A DNA stretch of 64,000 nt from Eledone cirrhosa. Its lineage: Eukaryota. The notes beneath the pieces were generated by a model that saw nothing but the letters and a program-made list of their open reading frames with translations, made no database searches and was not told the origin of the DNA. The position numbers were made by a program, and so were the translations under genes. The stretch spans positions 79,484,001 through 79,548,000 of the forward strand of contig OZ024746.1 of NCBI GenBank assembly GCA_964016885.1, given 5' to 3'. This document shows positions 56,881 through 64,000 of this stretch, one piece after another (within the stretch, counting starts at the first letter, position 1; each line of letters begins with the position of its first letter).

Positions 56881-58185
56881 GGACGGAAAATACATATAAC
56901 TGAAGAAAGGTCATAGTTCAGTGGTGTCGTGAGAGTAAAATGGCTTCACTAATGCTTTCGCTATTCTTTAAAGAACTTGCACAAAATACAGGTTGCCAAC
57001 AAGAATATGAAACCTTAGACAGACGTTAGTTGGTTTGGTGGGTGCCGTAGAAATATCACAGGAGGTTTAAAGTTCTTGAGATATAGAGTGAGTAATCAAA
57101 GGGAATTATTAAAAAGCCTAAAAACAAAATAATAACTTGTAAAGGTTAGAAAATGATTGGCAGCTCAATAATTAGGAGACTGCGCACCCCACGTTTTCTA
57201 TTTTGTTTTCTATTTTGTTAGGAATGTGCCCGCATCATTTAGTGGCGATTACAAATGACAGGAACGCAGGTTAGTTTACGCCTTCTGACCTTAAAAGACC
57301 TTAAGTGACCTTAAGTTAGAAACAGGAGTGATGAGAATAATTATAGTTGGCTTGAACCAGCAGACAAATTGTTTTGTAATATAGGACGACCTGCCCGATA
57401 AGAGACTTCAACAATTAACTCCCTTTATCGGACAGGTCCTTTTAAAGAAAAGAAAAAAAGCGTAGATAAGAACTCTGTTATTTTTTGAAGGAAGTATGAC
57501 ATTGACATAAAAAGGGTATACATCCACTGCATAAAAAATATAACTGAAATTATCTCTTTTTACTAAAATATTATAATTTATTAGTAGACTTCCTGGCGAA
57601 AGATCTTGGACAAATTCTTGAACTTTTAGTTCAAATTTTACCACTAGAATGGGCGTACTTTTATAATTAGTCAGGTAATTTCATTCCGTGAACAAATAGA
57701 CGTTCATTCTCTGATAATCATCACAATAGAGCGATGTTTCTGGTATGTTGCAAAAAAAAAAAAAAAATAGAAGAAAATAATCAGAAAAATTTACTTTCAA
57801 CTCTACAACATAGTAGACGCTGTTTAGTGTGACCAACCGCTTATTTTTTTGTGTCGGTCACCGTCGAGACCTCTGTGGCCCCCAATCTCCAAACTATCGA
57901 TGTATATCTCCCTCGAAATCAGGACGAGTACACTGCTTATGAACAGAGCCCCATGGGGCAAAGTGGTAACGCCTCCACCATTTCGTCTGCGGGGACGCAG
58001 CTGAGATATATGGTCTAAATTGGAGTGCAGACTCTGGGGTGTGTATAGTATAAATAAAGTTCCATACACTTAACATGTATGTGCGACCATTGATTTCGGA
58101 GTCCATGTATGTTTAAGGGAATGTGTTAAATTAAGGTTTTGAATGTATGAGTACATGTATATGTGAATGTGTACGTGCGTGCGTT

Positions 58186-58610
58186 TGTTTAGTGGTTAGA
58201 GCGTAGTATTTAAAATCGTAAGGTCGTGGGTTCGGTTCCAGACGAGGCGATAAGTTGTATCTTTCAGCAAGATACTTTATTTCATGCTGCTCCATTTCAC
58301 TTAGCTGTAGATATCAGTTGCAACGTCACTGTTGCCGAGACTTATCGGCCTTTGACTTTTCCATGGACACTATCGGGCTTGTGCCTCGTAGGTGAATCTT
58401 CTATGTTCAAAACCTGTGGTTTTAACTCTTTATATATATATATATATATCTGTGTGTGTGTGTGTACGCATGTATGGGCGTGTGTGAAGGCGCGTAGCTT
58501 AGTGGTTAGAGAGTTGAATTCGCAATCGTGGGGTTGTGAATTCCATTCCTGAATCGTGCGATGCGTTACTCCCTTCAGCAAGACTCTTTATTCCATGCTG
58601 TTCCTTCTGC
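58186..58610 (+). mobile_element. Two SINE family B copies
   Basis: tttagtggttagag..gggttcggttcc at ~58190 and gtgaaggcgcgtagcttagtggttagag at 58484. Confidence 0.75.
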
Positions 58611-58916
58611 AAGTCACATTTCACCCAACATATTTCTAAACCCCTCTCGTGTGGTCAATTTCTCTCAAAATGCTAGATTGGACTGAGGGCTATGGTAAAG
58701 GAATTTTGTAAACTTGTTATACGGTGGGATCGAAACCGGGACCTCCATATTGTGCTTATTGTAAACTACGTGGAATACCCTATAATATTGAGCTATCTCT
58801 ATTAACTCTATTAACTGCAACGTTACTAACCTGCGTTGCATTCATCCTTTTTTACTAGTATAATGCATAATACAATGCAATCTCTCTCTCTCTCTCTCGC
58901 TCTCGCTCTCTCTCTC

Positions 58917-59004
<88 letters not shown>

Positions 59005-59816
59005 ATATACATATAGATATATACACTACGATCACAGCAAAATCTCTCACTGGCTTTGTATGACTCAATTCTTCTTCCATTACATTCTCATAAAATATTT
59101 GCAACAACAATAACTACAGATACAATTACAACAACAGCAAAATAGAGTGGGTAGAAATCACTGCAGTTTCCTATTATAACACCATCAACAACAACAAAAA
59201 CAACAACAACAAAAATACCGATCAACAACCAATACAACAAACATAACGCAAGACAAAAGAAAAACCCACGTCAGTGCTTCTAAAGAGCGAAATATATTAA
59301 AACAAATTTATATAAAAAGAAACAAGCAAATAGGAATCCACCACGACTACCACTATGACTACCATCACAACAAGCAACAAAAAGAAAAATGGTAAAAAAG
59401 AGTGCGTCGAACCTTGACAATTCTTTTATGTATAAACCCTCTCCCTTTACTAGAAATAACGACGGCAGCAACACCTACACCAACTACAGACATTTTTAGA
59501 AAGGCTTTTATAGTAAAGCAGATAATTGAATAGTTTACAGGTTCAGACCCATGAAGAACTTAACTTATACTGTAATGCTTTGTAATTCGTGTGTTTTAGA
59601 ACTTGTTATATTGTCTTATTGTCGTGCTTAGGGAATTTAGGGCCTGCTATACTTAATCAGATTTATATAGCAGCTTTGAACTCAATACAGACGATTATTG
59701 AGTAACGATTATCTTTTTATCTATCCATTTATCTATCTATTTAACTATTGTCTATCTATCTATATATCATATCAATTTCATATTTTATATGTTCGTGTTT
59801 TATGCAGAGCCAGGTG

Positions 59817-59871
<55 letters not shown>

Positions 59872-59991
59872 GTGTGTGTGTGTACGTGCATGCTCACATG
59901 TTCATATATATATATTCACGTATATAATCTAATCTACACCTTTTGTCTATACTACATACATAGATACATACATACATAAGAACATACATTT

Positions 59992-60041
<50 letters not shown>

Positions 60042-60194
60042 GTGTGTGCAAGCAGCCAATTTGATTTTCTTATTGTATACAAGCATACATATATAAATTA
60101 AATAGTGAACGATCTACCTACTTACACACTTACACATACACACATACATGTCTATTTAGACACATCCATATATATATATATATATGGATGTGTC

Positions 60195-60239
<45 letters not shown>

Positions 60240-60273
60240 AGATTTGAATGGATACAGTTTAGTTGAAAGGAAT

Positions 60274-60390
60274 TTATTGACACGTGTTTCTATAACAGTT
60301 ACATAACCTAAAACAGCTATCTACAAACTTTTAGTTATGCAGACATTCAATATTTCAATGTTATTGTTTACTGTCATTTCATCAGAATAA
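60274..60390 (-). ncRNA. Hammerhead ribozyme motif in the inverted pLTR
   Basis: Reverse complement of 62050-62166. Confidence 0.75.
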
Positions 60391-60570
60391 TATTACTGAG
60401 GACCTATTTAGTTTTTATAGAGAATATTAGGAGGAAGGGGTGAAGTTGTTAGAAGAATAGTTGAAGGAGTGGTTTTTCGATAGCAGTGAGAATTCTTGGT
60501 GGCAGTGATTAATTAGATTCCCATCTGTTGTTTTGACATTTTTTATAGAATATATTATTGGTTATTTTTC

Positions 60571-61095
60571 AAAAAAACAGTAGACAATACACTACAGAAC
60601 ATAAATAAACCACACCTAAGTTCGTCCGCAATACTACTCCAGAGAAAACCCAACGTACACAACTGTAACTGCACCTATCCTGACAACTGCCCCCTCGGCA
60701 ATAACTGCCTGGAAAAAAATATTATTTATAAGTGTACCATTAAATCCGGAGGCAACGAGTGGTATTACGTGGGATCAACGGCAACATCGTTTAAATCTCG
60801 ATTGTATAGGCATTCTTACTCAATAAAACACCAGAGCCAAAGAAATGTAACAACTTTAGCAGAAAAAGCTTGGACGCTCAGGGATAGCAATCAAAAGTTT
60901 ACCCTAAAATGGGAAAAATTAGCTAAAACCCAGAGCTTTTCCAGGAGCCAAAATTTCTGCAAATTGTGCAATCTTGAGATTTATTACATAATCACACACA
61001 AGAAGAAACTGCTGAATAACAGAATTGAACGAACATTATTCTGCCGTCACAGAACTAAAACCCTTTTTTCCCACTACAAGCAGAATATTACATAA
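60571..61095 (+). pseudogene. Penelope (Neptune-type) Zn-finger linker + GIY-YIG endonuclease, 5'-truncated but open
   Basis: CNC..CPLGNNC..NIIY..YVGST..FKSR...H..W..CKLCNLE..LLNNR.E....CRH. Confidence 0.9.
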
Positions 61096-61364
61096 AAGAG
61101 GGACATCCCCCAACTATATAAACCTTAATCTAGTTAGAAAAATATAAAAACAATCTCTTCTCAACATATATTAATAACCTTAAATTACCATACTAATAAT
61201 GAAAAGATATGCTGATGAGAATAGGTACAAATATGCGATAATGAATGTGTCTAAAAACGTCCATAAGTATGTATATATATGTGAAAATGTATATAAATAA
61301 GTAAATATATATATATGTTTGATGTGTATAGTTAGATGTAAGTGTATTCATGTATTAAAGTGCT

Positions 61365-61401
<37 letters not shown>

Positions 61402-61424
61402 ATATGTGTGTATATATGTATGTG

Positions 61425-61457
<33 letters not shown>

Positions 61458-62049
61458 GTATATGTATATATGTATATATATATATGTGTATGTATGTATG
61501 TGTATATGGATGTGTATGTATGTGTATGTGTGTACACATGGACTAGAGTATGTATGTATATATGTGTGTGTCTATACGTGTGTATATATAAAGATAAGTT
61601 GAGTATGAAAATGTATACACATGAGCGCGTATGTATGTACATGAATACATGTGTGTATATATATGTGTATGCATGTGTATATATATGTAAGTATGAATAT
61701 GTGAATTGTGAGTATATGTATTTTGTAGAGGTGTGCAAATATATTTGTGTGTGAATGCGTGGGTGAAAGAATACGTACACTTGAAAGAAAAATTTAAGTC
61801 TGAATGTTAAGTGCAAACACAAAACCAACCACGCATATCTTTACTATCTCTAATCCTTCTATAGATTTAGAAAAATAACCAATAATATATTCTATAAAAA
61901 ATGTCAAAACAACAGATGGGAATCTAATTAATCACTGCCACCAAGAATTCTCACTGCTATCGAAAAACCACTCCTTCAACTATTCTTCTAACAACTTCAC
62001 CCCTTCCTCCTAATATTCTCTATAAAAACTAAATAGGTCCTCAGTAATA

Positions 62050-62166
62050 TTATTCTGATGAAATGACAGTAAACAATAACATTGAAATATTGAATGTCTG
62101 CATAACTAAAAGTTTGTAGATAGCTGTTTTAGGTTATGTAACTGTTATAGAAACACGTGTCAATAA
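62050..62166 (+). ncRNA. Hammerhead ribozyme motif with long stem II
   Basis: TTATT CTGATGA aATGACAGT..ACTGTTATa GAAAC ACGT GTC AATAA, with an A-A at the base of stem II. Confidence 0.77.
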
Positions 62167-62313
62167 ATTCCTTTCAACTAAACTGTATCCATTCAAATCT
62201 TTCTATTTTTCTCCGGATTACTTTTGGAACTACAACTGGAACCGTCGAGCAAACTCTACGTGAGCTGATAATCTACTGTGTGTAATATTTATATTACAAC
62301 ACAACGGAAAAAA

Positions 62314-62374
<61 letters not shown>

Positions 62375-62562
62375 AGGTGTAGATTAGATTACATACTTGA
62401 ATATATATGCTGGTTTGTATATGTATATGTGTATATATATATATATATATACATACATGCAGTACATATAATGATAAATGTTGGCAGAGATAGAAACATA
62501 GATCGATTAGCTAGCAAGATTGACAAACGGACAGATAGACGAACAGACAGCCCGACAGACAG

Positions 62563-62618
<56 letters not shown>

Positions 62619-62832
62619 TATATATATATATTCATTTTATTAAGGCTAAATAGTGAGTTTTCTTACTTGGAGTATCGTATGTTTATCACCCATATAATGC
62701 GAAATTCCAGATCAACACGAGACTCATTATTGAGACTTAATACTTCGGTATTGAGTACTCTTTTCTATTAGCGCTCAACCACAAACAGATATATATATAT
62801 ATATATACATACCTCCCCCTATATATATAAAA

Positions 62833-62871
<39 letters not shown>

Positions 62872-62962
62872 TGGATAGATGGATAGGTAACTAGCTAGTT
62901 AGATAGATAGATGGATAGATAAATAGATAGATAAATAGATAGATAGATAGATAGATAGATAT

Positions 62963-63097
62963 GTTTCTTTTATTTGCCACCAGGGCATCAAAAGTGGGAC
63001 AAGTACAATGGGGGGAGTTTACCAAACAAGGCGTCCTCAATAAGGAGGAGGCAATAACAATATATAAAAATAAAATAAAATATAACAAAAAATAAAA
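62963..63097 (-). mobile_element. Extreme 3' end of a Tx1-like LINE relative within (TATC)n
   Basis: Minus strand gtaaactcccccc.ttgtacttgtcccacttttgatgccctggtggcaaataaaagaaac-atatctatc matches 11166-11230. Confidence 0.8.
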
Positions 63098-63133
63098 GAT
63101 AGATATATAGATAGATGGATAGATAGATAGATG

Positions 63134-63210
<77 letters not shown>

Positions 63211-63436
63211 CCGGAGAAGCTCGTTTCACTAAGATTCATTCAATGGAATGATAGCCATTAATTAGATGACAAAAGATGTAAATATCCTGCTGGTCGCTAG
63301 TCTAGCTATTCTTTCCCGCGATGAAAGTCTCAACATTGGATCCATTTATGTTTTGATGATTCCTCAGTGGTTACTATTAATGAAATCACTTCTCTCCAGG
63401 CTGCTTCTCATCCTTTAGAACATATATGTTGTTCTA

Positions 63437-63510
<74 letters not shown>

Positions 63511-63595
63511 TGATGATGATGATGATGATGATGATGACGATGACGATGATGATGATGATGACGATGATGATGATGATGATGTTGCTGATGTTTTT

Positions 63596-63626
<31 letters not shown>

Positions 63627-63632
63627 ATGATG
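63437..63632. repeat. (GAT)n/(GAC)n/(GTT)n microsatellite
   Basis: Directly visible. Confidence 0.95.
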
Positions 63633-64000
63633 GTGGTATTTGTACCATTGTTTTTATTGTCGTTCTCGCTGTCTTTCATTTGGTCAATGTCGTTTATGCT
63701 GTTATCCCTGTCGTCAGTGTATGTTGATATTACTATTGTTTAGTTTAAAGTCAACCCTGTCCAACCAGGCTTACAATATGGTGTTATGAAGGCAAGTAAC
63801 CTACAATGTAGGGTGTTGGGTTCATGACCGAAAGGTTTTGGGTTCAATTTTGACACTGGGTGGCGTATGGTGTAATTAAAAAGAAATTAGGTAGGTATTT
63901 CTCGTATATCAACCATATTGATGCTCCTTTGTCGGGTGGTCGAATGGATGAATTATAGAACTATTTACTCCTAGTTCATGGCTTTGTATTTCAGACTTTC

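Larger units (their letters stand above)
60235..62317 (+). mobile_element. 5'-truncated Penelope-like element with an inverted pLTR segment, in (TA)n
   Basis: 60235-60570 is the reverse complement of 61870-62205. A GIY-YIG ORF end lies between them, each repeat has an HHR, and (TA)n lies at both ends. Confidence 0.92.

Overview
AT-rich, microsatellite-saturated animal DNA. A cephalopod (Octopus-like) origin is inferred from the repeat content and is not proven. No host gene exon could be supported, and most listed ORFs are translations of (TA)n, (CA)n and similar arrays. Real coding sequence is all transposon-derived: an apparently intact Tx1/L1-clade LINE (42256-48278), fragments of RTE, RTEX-like, R4/Dong-like and HERO-like LINEs, a non-autonomous Helitron and two Penelope-like (GIY-YIG) remnants. 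There are also a Kolobok-like MITE and two tRNA-derived SINE families. The most notable signal is a set of short elements carrying minimal type I hammerhead ribozyme (HHR) motifs. Most sit in or beside (TA)n arrays, and several form head-to-head inversions with both 3' ends running into (TA)n. The best case is a seemingly identical 467-bp tandem unit (50965-52630) built largely of hairpins. A diverged relative at 21-280 keeps the stems through compensatory changes. A Penelope element with the same architecture (60235-62317) is a candidate mobiliser. All motifs and alignments were read by eye.
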